A DNA stretch of 64,000 nt from the human T2T-CHM13v2.0 reference genome, Homo sapiens: the NCBI RefSeq assembly GCF_009914755.1, contig NC_060933.1. One strand, given 5' to 3'. The notes under the pieces were generated by a model. That model saw only the letters and a program-made list of their open reading frames with translations. It had not been told where the DNA came from and did not search any database. The position numbers and the translations under genes were made by a program. Shown here one piece after another: positions 44,646-60,200 of the stretch (positions are counted from its first letter, which is position 1; each line of letters begins with the position of its first letter).

Positions 44646-47600
44646 AATGGAAACAACCCGAATGGAATGGAATGTAATGGAGTGTAAGGGAATTGAATAC
44701 AATCAATCCGAATGTAATGGAATGGAATGGAACGGAATGGAATGGAATGGAATGCAGCGGAATGGAATCAAACCTAGTGCAATGGAATGGAATGGAATGG
44801 AATGGAATGGAATGGAATGGATTGGATTCAACCCAAATGGAATGGAAAGCAATGGAATCAACCTGAGTGGAATGGCATGGAATGGAATGGAGTGGAATGG
44901 AATGGAATGGAATGGAATGGTACACAATAGAATGGAATGGAACGAAATGGAATGGAATGGAATGGAATGGAACGGAATGGAATGGAATCAACTCGATTGC
45001 AATGGAATGTAATGGAATGGAATGGAATGGAATTAACGCGAATAGAATGGAATGGAATGTAATGGAACGGAATGGAATGGAATGGGATGGAATGGAATCA
45101 ATCTGAGTGCAGGGGAATGGAATGGAATGGAATGCAATGGAATCAACTAGATTGCAATGGGATGGAATGGAATGGAATGGAATGGAATGGAATGGAATGG
45201 AATTAACCTGAACAGAATGGAATGGAATGGAATGGAACGGAATGGAATGGAATGCAATGGAATGGGATCAACCCGAGTGCAGGGGAATGGAATGGAATGG
45301 AATGCAATCTAAAGGAATCAATCAACCCGAGTGCAATAGAATGCAGTGGAATGGAATGGAATGGAATGGAAAGTACCCGAATGGAATGGAATGTAATGGA
45401 GTGTAAGGGAATTAAAAAGAATCAATCCGAATGTAATGGAATGGAATTGAAAGGAAAGGAATGGAAAGGAATGGAATGGAATGGAACGGAATGAAATGGA
45501 ATGGCATAGAATGGAATGGAATCAACCCGAGCGCAATGGAATGGAATGGAATGGAATGGAATGGATTCAACCCGAATGGAATGGAAAGGAATGGAATAAA
45601 CCCGAGTGAAATGGCATGGAAGGGAATGGAATGGAATGGAATGGTACGGAGTAGAATGGAATGGAACGAAATGGAATGGAATGGAATGGAATGGAATGGA
45701 ATGGAATGAACCCGTGAGCAATGGAATGGAATGGAATGGAATGGAATGGAAGGGAATGGAATGGGTTCAATTCGAATGGAATGGAAAGGAATGGAATCAA
45801 CCCGAGTGCAATGGCATGGAATGGAATGGAATGGAATGGAATGGAATGGAATGGAATGGACTCAACCCGAATGGAATGGAAAGGGATGGAATAAACCCGA
45901 GTGGAATGGCATGGAATGGAGTGGAATGGAATGGAATGGAATGGAATGGAATGGAATGGAATGGAATGGAATTAACCCTAATAGAATGGAATGGAATGGA
46001 ATGGAATGGAATGGAATGGAATGGAAGGGAATGGAATGGAATGGAATGGAATTAACACGAATAGAATGGAATGGAATGGAATGGAATGGAATGGAATGGA
46101 ATCAACTCGATTTCAATGGAATGGAATGGAATGGAATGGAATGGAATGGAATGGAATGGAAGGGAATGGAATGAAATTAACCCGAATAGAATGGAATGGA
46201 ATGGAATGGAATGGAATGGAATGGAATGGAATGGAATAGAATGGAATCCAACCGAGTGCAGTGGAATAGAATGGAATGGAATGCAATGGAATGGAATCAT
46301 ACGGAATGGAATGGAATGGAATGGAATGGAATGAAATGGAATGGAATGCAATGGAATGGAATGGAATCAACCCGATTGCAATGGAATGGAGTGGAATGGA
46401 ATGGAATGGAATGGAAACAACCCGAATGGAATGGAATGTAATGGAGAGTAAGGGAATTGAATAGAATCAATACGAATGTAATGGAATAGAATGGAACGGA
46501 ATGGAATGCAATGGAATGGAATGGAATGCAATGGAATGGGATCAACCCGAGTGAAATGGAATGGAATCGAAAGGAATGGAATGGAATGGAATGGTTTCAA
46601 CCCGAATGGAATGGAAAGGAATGGAATCAACCCGAGTGGAATGGAATGGAATGGAATGGAATGGAATGGAATGGGTTCAACTCGAATGGAATGGAAAAGA
46701 ATGGAATCAACCCGAGTGGAATGGCATGGAATGGAATGTAATGGAATGGAATGGAATGGAATGGAATGGATTCAACCCGAATGGAATGGAAGGGAATGGA
46801 ATAAACCCGAGTGGAATGGCATGGAATGGAGTGGAATGGAATTGAATGGAAGGGAATGGTACGGAATAGAATGGAATGGAACGAAATGGAATGGAATGGA
46901 ATGGAATGGAATGGAATGGAATGAACCCGTGTGCAATTGAATGGAATCGAATGGAATGGAATGCAATGGAATGGATTCAACTAGAATGGAATGGAAAGGA
47001 ATGGAATCAACCCGAGTGGAATGGCATGGCATGGAATGGAATGGAATGGAATGGAAAGGAATGGTACGGAATAGAATTTAATGGAACGAAATGGAATGGA
47101 ATGGAATGGAATGGAAAGGAATGGAATGGAATAGAATGGAATCCACCCGATTGCAGGGGAATGGAATGGAATGGAATGGAATGGAATGGAATGGAATGGA
47201 ATGGATTCAACCCGAATGGAATGGAAAGGAATGGAATAAACCCGAGTGGATTGGCATGGAATGGAATGGAATGGAATGGAATGGTAGGGAATAGAATGGA
47301 ATGGAACGAAATGGAATGGAATGGAATGGAATGGAATGGAATGGAATGGAATGGAATCAACCTGAGTGCAATGGAATGGAGTGGAAGGGAATGTAATGGA
47401 ACGGAAACAACACGAATGGAATGGAATGTAATGGAGTGTAAGGGAATTGAATACAATCAATCCGAATGTAATGGAATGGAATGGAACGGAATGGAATGGA
47501 ATGCAATGGAATGGAATGGAATGGAATGAAATGGAACGGCAGGGAATGGAATGGAATCAACCCGAGTGCAATGGAATGGAATGGAATGGAATGGAATGGA

Positions 47601-50600
47601 ATGGAATGGATTCAACCCGAATGGAATGGAAAGGAATGGAATAAACCCGAGTGGAATGGCATGGAATGGAGTGGAATGGAATGGAATGGTACGGAATAGA
47701 ATGGAATGGAACGAAATGGAATGGAATGGAATGGAATGGAATGGAATGGAATGGAATCAACCTGAGTGCAATGGAATGGAATGGAATGGAATGGAAACAA
47801 CCCGAATGGAATGGAATGTAATGGAGTGTAAGGAATTGAATACAATCAATCCGAATGTAATGGAATGGAATGGAACAGAATGGAATGGAATGGAATGCAG
47901 TGGAATGGAATCAAACCTAGTGCAATGGAATGGAATGGAATGGAATGGAATGGAATGGAATGGATTGGATTCAACCCAAATGGAATGGAAAGCAATAGAA
48001 TCAACCCGAGTGGAATGGCATGGAATGGAATGGAATGGAATGGAATGGAATGGAATGGAATGGTACGGAATAGAATGGAATGGAACGAAATGGAATGGAA
48101 TGGAATGGAATGGAACGGAATGGAATGGAATCAACTCGATTGCAATGGAATGTAATGGAATGGAACGGAATTAACGCGAATAGAATGGAATGGAATGGAA
48201 TGGAACGGAATGGAATGGAATGGGATGGAATGGAATCAATCTGAGTGCAGGGGAATGGAATGGAATGGAATGCAATGGAACGGAATCTAATGGAATGGAA
48301 TGCAATGGAATGGAATGGAATGGAATGGAATGCAATGGAATCAACTCGATTGCAATTGAATGGAATGGAATGGAATGGAATGGAATGGAATGGAATGGAA
48401 GGGAATGGAATGGAATGGAATTAACCTGAACAGAATGGAATGGAATGGAATGGAACGGAATGGAATGGAATGGAATGGAATGGAATCAACCCGATTGCAA
48501 TGGAATGGAGTGGAATGGAATGGAATGGAATGGAAACAACCCGAATGGAATGGAATGTAATGGAGTGTAAGGGAATTGAATAGAATCAATCCGAATGTAA
48601 TGGAATGGAATGAAATCGAAAGGAATGGAATGGAATGGAATGGTTTCAACCCGAATGGAATGGAAAGGAATGGAATCATCCCCAGTGGAATGGAATGGAA
48701 TGGAATGGAATGGAATGGAATGGAATGGAATGGAATGAACCCGTGTGCAATGGAATGGAATCGAATGGAATGGAATGGAATGGAATGGATTCAAGTCGAA
48801 TGGAATGGAAAGGAATGGAATCAACCCGAGTGGAATGGCATGGAATGGAATGGAATGAAATGGAATGGAATGGAATGGAATGGTACAGAATAGAACGGAA
48901 TGAAACGAAATGGAATGGAATGGAATGGAATGGAATCAACCCGAGTGCAGGGGAATGGAATGGAATGGAAGGCAATGGAATGCAATCATGCGGAATTGAA
49001 TGGAATGGAATGGAATGGAATGGAATCAACTCGATTGCAATGGAATGTAATGGAATGGAATGGAATGGAATTAACCCTAATAGAATGGAATGGAATGGAA
49101 TGGAAGGGAATGGAATGGAATGGAATGGAATGGAATTAACCGGAATAGAATGCAATGGAATGGAATGGAATGGATTGGAATGGAATGGAATGAAATTAAC
49201 CCGAATAGAATGGAATGGAATGGAATGGAATGGAATGGAATGGAATGGAATGGAATTCAATGGAATGGAATGGAATGGAATGGAATGAAATTAACCCGAA
49301 TAGAATGGAATGGAATGGAATGGAATGGAATGGAATGGAATGGAATGGAATAGAGTGGAATGGAATGGAATGGAATAGAATGGAATCCACCCGAGTGCAG
49401 GGGAATGGAATGGAATGGAATGCAATGGAATGGAATCATACGGAATGGAATGGAATGGAATGGAATGGAATCAACCTGATTGCAATGGAATGGAGTGGAA
49501 TGGAATGGAATGGAATGGAAACAACCCGAATGGAATGGAATGGAATGGAGTGTAAGGGAAGTGAATAGAATCAATACGAATGTAATGGAATGGAAAGGAA
49601 CGGAATGGAATGCAATGGAATGGAATGGAATCCAATGGAATGGGTTCAACCCGAGTGTAATGGAATGGAATCGAAAGTAATGGAATGGAATGGAATGGAT
49701 TCAACACCAATGGAATGGAAAGGAATGGAATCAACCCGAGTGGAATGGAATTTAATGGAATGGAATGGAATGGAATGCAGTGAAATGGAATCAAACCTAG
49801 TGCAATGGAATGGAATGGAATGGAATGGAATGGAATGGATTAGATTCAACCCAAATGGAATGGAAAGCAATGGAATCAACCCGAGTGGAATGGCATGGCA
49901 TGGAATGGAATGGAATGGAATGGAATGGAAGGGTACGGAATAGAATGGAATGGAACGAAATGGAATGGAATGGAATGGAATGGAATGGAATGGAATGGAA
50001 TAGAATGGAATCCACCCGATTGCAGGGGAATGGAATGGAATGGAATGCAATGGAATGGAATGGAATGGATTCAACCCGAATGGAATGGAAAGGAAAGGAA
50101 TAAACCCGAGTGAAATGGCATGGAAGGGAATGGAATGGAATGCAATGGTACGGAGTAGAATGGAATGGAACGAAATGGAATGGAATGGAATGGAATGGAA
50201 TGGAATTGGATGGAATGAACCCGTGAGCAATGGAATGGAATGGAATGGAATGGAATGGAATGGAATGGGTTCAACTCGAATGGAATGGAAAGGAATGGAA
50301 TCAACCCGAGTGGAATGGCATGGAATGGAATGGAATGGAATGGAATGGAATGGAATGGAATGGAATGGAATGGATTCAACCCGAATAGAATGGATTCAAC
50401 CCGAATGGAATGGAAAGGAATGGAATAAACCCGAGTGGAATGGCATGGAATGGAGTGGAATGGAATGGAATGGAAGGGAATGGTACGGAAAAGAATGGAA
50501 TGGAACGAAATGGAATGGAATGGAATGGAATGGAATGGAATGGAATGGAATGGAATGAACCCGTGTGCAATTGAATGGAATCGAATGGAATGGAATACAA

Positions 50601-53600
50601 TGGAATGGATTCAACTAGAATGGAATGGAAAGGAATGGAATCAACTCGAGTGGAATGGCATGGCATGGAATGGAATGGAATGGAATGGAATGGAATGGAA
50701 AGGTAGGGAATAGAATGGAAAGGAACGAAATGGAATGGAATGGAATGGAATGAATTGAATGGAATGGAATAGAATGGAATCCACTCGATTGCAGGGGAAT
50801 GGAATGGAACGGAATGCAATGGAATGGAATGGAATGGATTCAACCCGAATGGAATGGAAAGGAATGGAATCAACCCGAGTGGAATGGCATGGAATGGAAT
50901 GGAATGGAATGGAATGGTACGGAATAGAATGGAATGGAACGAAATGGAATGGAATGGAATGGAATGGAATGGAATGGAATGGAATGGAATGGAATCAACC
51001 TGAGTGCAATGGAATGGAGTGGAATGGAATGTAATGGAACGGAAACAACCCGAATGGAATGGAATGTAATGGAGTGTAAGGGAATTGAATACAATCAATC
51101 CGAATGTAATGGAATGGAATGGAACGGAATGGAATGGAATGGAATGGAATGGAATGAAATGGAATGGAATGGAATGAAATGGAATGGCAGGGAATGGAAT
51201 GGAATCAACCCGAGTGCAAAGGAATGGAATGGAATGGAATGGAATGGAATGGAATGGAATGGAATGGAATGGATTCAACCCGAATGGAATGGAAAGGAAT
51301 GTAATAAACCTGAGTGGAATGGCATGGAATGGAATGGAATGGAATGGAATGGTACGGAATAGAATGGAATGGAACGAAATGGAATGGAATGGAATGGAAT
51401 GGAATGGAATCAACCTGAGTGCAATGGAATGGAGTAGAATGGAATGTAATGGAATGGAAACAACCCGAATGGAATGGAATGTAATGGAGTGTAAGGGAAT
51501 TGAGTACAATCAGTACGAATGTAATGGAATGGAATGGAACGGAATGGAATGGAATGGAAAGGAATGGAATCAACACGAGTGCAGGGGAATGGAATGGAAT
51601 GGAATGCAATGGAATGGAATCATCCTGAATGGAATGGAATGCAATGGAATAGAATCAATCAACCCGAGAGCAATAGAATGCAGAGGAATGGAATGGAATG
51701 GAATGGAAACTACCCGAATGGAATGGAATGTAATGGAGTGTAAGGGAATTAAAAAGAATCAATCCGAATGTAATGGAATTGAACGGAAAGGAATGGAATG
51801 GAATGGAACGGAATGGAATGGAATGGAATGAAATGGAATGGCATGGAATGGAATGGAATCAACCCGAGTTCAATGGAATGGAATGGAATGGAATGGAATG
51901 GAATGGAATGGAATGGAATGGAATGGATTCAACCCGAATGGAATGGAAAGGAATGGAATAAACCCGAGTGAAATGGCATGGAAGGGAATGGAATGGAATG
52001 GAATGGTAAGGAATAGAATGGAATGGAACGAAATGGAATGGAATGGAATGGAATGGAATGGAATGGAATGGAATGGAATGGAATGGAATGGAATGAACCC
52101 GTGTGCAAAGGAATGGAATGGAATGGAATGGAATGGAATGGAATAGAATGGAATGGGTTCAACTGGAATGGAATGGAAAGGAATGGAATCAACCCGAGTG
52201 CAATGGAATGGAGTGGAATGGAATGGAATGGAATGGAATCAACCCGAGTGCAATGGAATAGAATGGAATGGAATGGAATGGAATGGAATGGAATGAATTC
52301 AACCCGAATGGAATGGAAAGGAATGGAATAAACCCGAGTGGAATGGCATGGAATGGAGTGGAATGGAATGGAATGGAATGGTACGGAAGAGAATGGAATG
52401 GAACGAAATGGAATGAAATGGAATAGAATGGAATGGAATGGAATGGAATGGAATGAACCCGTGAGCAATGGAATGGAATCGAATGGAATGGAATCGAATG
52501 GAATGGATTCAACTCGAATGGAATGGAAAGTAATGGAATCAACTCGAATGGAATGGAAAGTAATGGAATCAACCCGAGTGGAATGGCATGGAATGGAATC
52601 GAATGGAATGGAAAGGAATGGAATCAACCCGAGTGCAGAGGAATGGAATGGAATGGAAGGCAATGGATTGGAATGAAATGGAATGGCATGGAATGGAATG
52701 GAATCAACCCGAGTTCAATGGAATTGAATGGAATGGAATGGAATGGAATGGAATAAACTCGATTGCAAAGGAATGGAATGGAATGGAATGGAATGGAATG
52801 GAATGGAATGGAATTAACCCTAATAGAATGGAATGGAATGGAATAGAATGGAATGGAATGGAAGGGAATGGAATGGAATGGAATGGAATTAACCCGAATA
52901 GAATGGAATGGAATGGAATTGAATGGAATGGAATGGAATGGAATCAACTCGATTTCAATGGAATGGAATGGAATGGAATGGAATGGAATGGAATGGAATG
53001 GAATGGAATGGAATAGAATGGAATCCACCCGAGTGCAGGGGAATGGAATGGAATAGAATGCAATGGAATGGAATCATACGGAATGGAATGGAATGGAATG
53101 GAATTGAATGGAATGGAAAGGAATGGAAACAACCCGAATGGAAAGGAATGTGATGGATTGTAAGGGAATTGAATAGAATCAATCCGAATGTAATGGAATT
53201 GAATGGAACGGAATGGAATGGAATGGAATGGAATGGAATGGAATGGAATGGAATGCAAAGGAATGGGATCAACCCGAGTGCAATGGAATGGAATCGAAAG
53301 GAATGGAATGGAATGGAAAGGCTTCACCCCGAATGGAATGGAAAGGAATGGAATCAACCCGAGTTGAATGGAATGGAATGGAATGGAATGGAATGGAATG
53401 GAATGGAATGGAATGCAATGGAATGTAACGGAATGGAATCAACCCGATTGCAATGAAACTGAATGGAATGGAATGGAATGGAATGGAATTAACCCAAATA
53501 GAATGGAATGGAATGGAATGGAATGGTATGGAATGGAATGGAACGGAATGGAATGGAATGGAATTGAATGGAATCAACCCGGGTGCAGGGGAATGCAATT

Positions 53601-54215
53601 GAATGGAAGGCAATGGAATGCAATCATCCGAAATGGAATGGAATTGCATGGAATGGAATGGTTTCAACCCGAATGGAATGGAATGGAAAGGAATCAACCC
53701 AAGTGGAATGGCATGGAATGGAATGGAATGGAATGGAATGGAATGGAATGGAATGGAATGGTATGGAATAGAATGGAATGGAACGAAATGGAATGGAAGG
53801 GAATGGAATGGAATGGAATGGAATCAACCCGACTGCAATGGAATGGAGTGGAATGGAATGGAATGGAATGGAAACAACCCGAATGGAATGGAATGTAATG
53901 GAGTGTAAGGGAATTGAATACAATCAATACGAATGTAATGGAATGGAATGGAACGGAACGGAATGGAATGGAATGGAATGGAATGGAATGGAATGGAATG
54001 GATTCAACCCAAATGGAATGGAAAGCAATGGAATCAACCCGAGTGGAATGGCATGGAACGGAATGGAATGGAATGGTATGGAATAGAATGGAATGCAAAG
54101 AAATGGAATGGAATGGAATGGAATGGAACGGAATGGAATGGAAAGGAATGGAATGGAATGGAATGGAATAGAATGGAATGGAACGAAATGGAATGGAATG
54201 GAACGGAATGGAATG
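44636..54215 (+). repeat. HSat3 block 3a: GGAAT on +, module type B
   Basis: Orientation returns to GGAAT after ...TTGCACACGG at 44635. Same type-B modules (AAACCTAG ~44770, ~47914, ~49793; CCGTGTGC ~46927, ~48741, ~50561; AATTAAAAAG ~45410, ~51747). Confidence 0.88.
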
Positions 54216-57200
54216 GAATCAATCCGAGTGGAATAGAAGGGAATGCAATCGAGTAGAATGGAAAGGAATGGAATCAACCAGAGTGGAATGGAAGGGAATG
54301 GAATGGAATGGAATGGAATGGAATGGAATGGAATGGAATGGAATCAAGTCGATTGCAATGGAATGTAATGGAATGGAGTGGAATGGAATTAACGCGAATA
54401 GAATGGAATGGAATGGAATGGAATGGAATGGAATCAACCTGAGTGCAGGGGAATGGAATGCAATGGAATGCAATGGAATGCAAAGGAATGGAATGGAATG
54501 GAATGGAATCAACGCGAGTACAGGGGAATGGAATTTAATGGAATGCAATGGAATGGAATCTTCCGGAATGGAATGGAATGGAATGGAATCAACCCGAGTG
54601 CAATGGAATGGAGAGGAATGGAATGGAATGGAATGGAACAACCCGAATGGAATCGAATGTAATGGAGAGTAAGGGAGTTGAATAGAATCAATCCGAATGT
54701 AATGGAATGGAATGGAACGGAATGGAATTGAATGGTATCGAATGGAATGCAATGGAATGGAATCAACCCGAGTGCAATGGAATGGAGAGGAATGGAATGG
54801 AATGGAATGGAAACTACCCGAATGGAATGGAATGTAATGGAGTGTAAGGGAATTGAATAGAATCAATCCGAATGTAATGGAATGGAATGGAACGGAATGG
54901 AATGGAATGGAATGGCATGGAATGGAATGGAATGGAATACAATGGAATGGAATCAACCCGAGTGCAATTGAATGGAATCGAATGTAATGGAATGCAATGG
55001 AATGGATTCAACTTGAATGGAATGGAAAGAATGGAATCAATACGAGTGGAATGGCATGGATTGGAATGGAATGGAATGGAATCAACCCGAGTACAGGGGA
55101 ATGGAATGGAATGGAATGCAATGGAATGGAATGGAATCAACCCGAGTGCAATGGAATGGAGTGGAATGGAATGGAATGGAATGGAACAACCCGAATGGAA
55201 TGGAATGTAATGGAGAGTAAGGGAGTTGAATAGAATCACTCCGAATGTAATGGAATGGAACGGAATGGAATGGAATGGAATGGAATGGAATGGAATGGAA
55301 TGGAATGGAATGCAATGGAATGGAATCAACCCGAGTACAATGGAACGGAATGGAATGTAATGTAATGTAATGGAATGGAATGGAATGGAATGGAATGGAA
55401 TGGAATCAACCCGAGTGCAATGGAATGGAGAGGAATGGAATGGAATGGAATGGAAACTACCCGAATGGAATGGAATGTAATGGAGCGTAAGGGAATTGAA
55501 TAGAATCAATCCGAATGGAATGGAATGGAATGGAACGGAATGTAATGGAATGGAATGAAATGGAATCAACCTGAGTGCAGGCGAATGGAATGGAATGGAA
55601 TGCAATGGAATGGAATCATCCGGAATGGAATGGAATGGAATGCAATGGAATGGAATGGAATGGAATCAACCCGAGTGCAATGGAATGGAGTGAAATGGAA
55701 TGGAATGGAATGGAAACAACCAGAATGGATTGGAATATATTGGAGTGTAAGGGAATGGAATAGAATCAATCTGAATGTAATGAAATGGAATGGAACGGAA
55801 TGGAATGGAATGGAATGGAATGCAATGGAATGGAATCAACCCGAGTGCAATCGAATGGAATCGAATGGAATGGAATGCAATGGAATGGATTCAACTTGAA
55901 TGGAAAGGAAAGAATGGAATCAACACGAGTGGAATGGCATGGATTGGAATGGAATGGAATGGAATCAACCCGAGTACAGGGGAATGGAATGGAATGGAAT
56001 GCAATAGAATGGAATCATCAGTAATGGAATACAAAGGAATGGAAAGGACTGGAATGGAATGGAATGTAATGGAATGGAATGGAATCAACTCGATTGCAAT
56101 CGAATGGTATGGAATGGAATGGAATCAACTCGATTGCAATCGAATGGAATGGAATGGAATTAACCCGAATAGAATGGAATGGAATGGTATGGAACGGAAC
56201 GGAATGGAATGGAATGGAATGGAATGGAACGGAAAGGAATGGAATGGAATGGAATGGAATGGAATGGAATGGAATGGAATGGAATCGAATGGAATCAACG
56301 CGCGTGCAGGGGAATGGAATGGAATCGAATGGAATGGAAAGGAATGGAATGGAATCAACCCGAGTGCAGGGGAATGTAATGGAACGGAATGCAATGGAAT
56401 GGAATCATCCGGAATGGAATGGAATGGAATCAACCCGAGTGCAATGGAATGGAGTGGAATGGAATGGAATGGAATGGAACAACCCGAATGGAATGGAATG
56501 TAATGGAGAGTAAGGGAGTTGAAAAGAATCAATCCGAATGTAATGGAATGGAATGGAACGGAATGGAATGGAATGGAATGGAATGCAATGGAATGGAATC
56601 AACCCGAGTACAATGGAATGGAATGGAATGGAATGGAATGGAATGGAATGGAATGCAATGGAATGGAATCTTCCGGAATGGAATGGAATGGAATGGATTG
56701 GAATGGAATGCAATGGATTCAAATCGATTGCAATGGAATGGAATAGAATGGAATGGAATGGAATGGAATGGAATGGAATTAAACCGAATAGAATGGAATG
56801 GAATGGAATGGAAAGGAACAGAACGGAATGGAACGGAACGGAGTGGAATGGAATGGAATGGAATTGTATGGAATGGAATGGAATGGTACGGAATAGAATG
56901 GAATGGAAAGAATTGGAATGGAATGGAATCGAATGGAATGGAATGGAATGGAATGGAATCAACCCGAGTGCAAGGGAATGTAATGGGACGGAATGCAATG
57001 GAATGGAATCATCCGGAATGGAATGGAATGGAATGGAATGGAATGGAATGGAATCAACCCGAGCGCAATGGAATGGAGTGGAATGGAATGGAATGGAATG
57101 GAACAACCCGAATGGAATGGAATGTAACGGAGAGTAAGGGAGTTGAATTGAATCAATCCGAATGTAATGGAATGGAACGGAATGGAATGGAAGGGAATGG

Positions 57201-60200
57201 AATGGAATGGAATGGAATGGAATGGAATGCAATGGAATGGAATCAACCCGAGTACAAAGGAACGGAATGGAATGTAATGTAATGTAATGGAATGGAATGG
57301 AATGGAATGGAATGGAATCAACCCGAGTGCAATGGAATGGAGAGGAATGGAATGGAATGGAATGCAATGGAATGGAATCATCCGGAATGGAAAGGAATGG
57401 AATGGAATGCAAAGCAATGGAATCAACTCGATTGCAATGGAATGGAATGGAATGGAAAGGAATACATTGGAATCAACCCGAGTGGAATGGAATGGAAAGG
57501 ACTGGAATGGAGTGGAATGGAATGGAATGGAATGGAATGGAATGGAATCAACTCGATTGGAATGGAATGGAATGGAATGGAATGGAATGGAATGGAATGG
57601 AATTAACCCGAATAGAATGGAATGGAATGGAATGGAACGGATCGGAATGGAATGGAATGGAATGGAATGGAAGGGAATGGAATGGAATGGAAACAACCCG
57701 ACTGCAGGGGAATGGAATGGAATGGAATGGAATGGAAGGACACGGAATAGAATGCAATGGAACGAAATGGAATGGAATGGAATGGAATGGAATGGAATGG
57801 AATGGAATGGAATCGTTCCGAGTGGAATAGGAGGGAATGTATTCGAGTGGAATGGAATGGAATGGAATCAACCAGAGTGGAATGGAAGGGAATGGAATGG
57901 AATGGAAACTAATAGAATGGAATCAACCCGAGTGGAATGGAATGGAAAGGACTGGAATGGAATGGAATGGAATGGAATCAACTCGATTGTAATGGAATGG
58001 ACTGGAATGGAATGGTATGGAATGGAATGGAATGGAATTAACCCGAATACAATGCAATGGAATGGAATGGAACGGAATGGAGTGGAATGGAATGGAATCA
58101 ACCCGAGTGCAGGGGAATGGAATGGAATGGAAAGCAATGGAATGGAATCATCCGGAATGGAATGGAATGGAATGGAATGCAAAGCAATGGAATCAACTCG
58201 ATTGCAATGGAATGGAATGGAATGGAAAGGAATACATTGGAATCAACCCGAGTGGAATGGAATGGAAAGCACTGGAATGGAGTGGAATGGAATGGAATGG
58301 AATGGAATGGAATCAACTCGATTGGAATGGAATGGAATGGAATGGAATGGAATGGAATTAAACCGAATAGAATGGAATGGAATGGAATGGAACGGAACGG
58401 AATGGAATGGAATGGAATGGAATGGAATGGAATGGAAACAACCCGACAGCAGGGGAATGGAATGGAATGGAATGGAAACAACCCGACTGCAGGGGAGTGG
58501 AATGGAATGGAATGCAAAGGAATGGATTCAACTTGAATGAAATGGAAAGAATGGAATCAACACGAGTGGAATGGCTTGGATTGGAATGGAATGGAATGGA
58601 ATCAACCCGAGTACAGAGGAATGGAATGGAATGGAATGCAATGGAATGGAATTATCCGTAATGGAATGGAAAGGAATGGAATGGAATGGAATGGAATGGA
58701 ATGGAATCAACTCGATTGCAATCGAATGGAATGGAATGGAATTAACCCGAATAGAATGGAATGGAATGGAATGGAATGGAACGGAACGGAATGGAATGGA
58801 TTGGAATGGAATGGAATGGAATGGAATGGAACGGAAAGGAATGGAATGGAATGGAATGGAATGGAATGGAATGGAATCAACGCGAGTGCAGGGCAATGGA
58901 ATGGTATGGAATACAATGGAATGGAATCTTCCGGAATGGAATGGAATGGAATGGAATGGCATGAAATGCAATGGATTCAACTCGATTGCAATGGAATGGA
59001 ATAGAATGGAATGGAATGGAATGGAATGGAATTAACCCGAATAGAATGGAATGGAATGGAATGGAACGGAATGGAACGGAATGGAATGGAATGGAATGGA
59101 ATGGAATGGAATGGAATGGTATGGAATGGAATGGAATGGAATCAACCCGAGTGCAATGGAATGGAGTGGAATGGAATGGAATGGGATGGAACAACCCGAA
59201 TGGAATGGAATGTAATGGAGAGTAAGGGAGTTGAATAGAATCAGTCCGAATGTAATGGAATGGAATGCAACGGAATGGAATGGAATGGAATTGAATGGAA
59301 TGGAATGGAATGGAATCAACCCGAGTACAATGGAATGGAATGGAATGGAATGGAATGGAATGGAATGGAATTGAATGGAATGGAATGCCTTCAAACCGAA
59401 TGGAATGGAAAGGAATGGAATCAACAAGAGTAAAATGGAATGGAATGGAATGGAAAGGAATGGAATGGAATGGAATGGTACGGAATAGAATGGAATGGAA
59501 CGAAATGGAATGGAATGGAATGGAATGGAATGGAATGGAATGGAATGGAATGGAATGGAATCGATCCGAGTGGAATAGGAGGGAATGTATTCGATTGGAA
59601 TGGAAAGGAATGGAATCAACCAGAGTGGAATGGAAGGGAATGGAATGGAATGGAAACTAATAGAATGGAATCAACCCGAGTGGAATGGAATGGAAAGGAC
59701 TGGAATGGAATGGAATGGAATGGAATGGAATGGAATGGAATCAACTCGATTGTAATAGAATGGAATGGAATGGAATGGAATGGAATGGAATGGAATGGCA
59801 TGGAATGGAATTAACCCGAATACAATGGAATGGAATGGAATGGAACGGAATGGAGTGGAATGGAATGGAATCAACCCGAGTGCAGGGGAATGGAATGGAA
59901 TGGAATGCAATGGAATGGAATCATCCGGAATGGAATGGAATGGAATGGAATGCAAAGCAATTGAATCAACTCGATTGCAATGGAATGGAATGGAATGGAA
60001 AGGAATAGAATGGAATCAACCCGAGTGGAATGGAATGGAAAGGACTGGAATGGAGTGGAATGGAATGGAATGGAATGGAATGCAATCAACTCGATTGGAA
60101 TGGAATGGAATGGAATGGAATGGAATGGAATCAACTCGATTGCAATCGAATGGAATGGAATGGAATTAACCCGAATAGAATGGAATGGAATGGAATTTAA

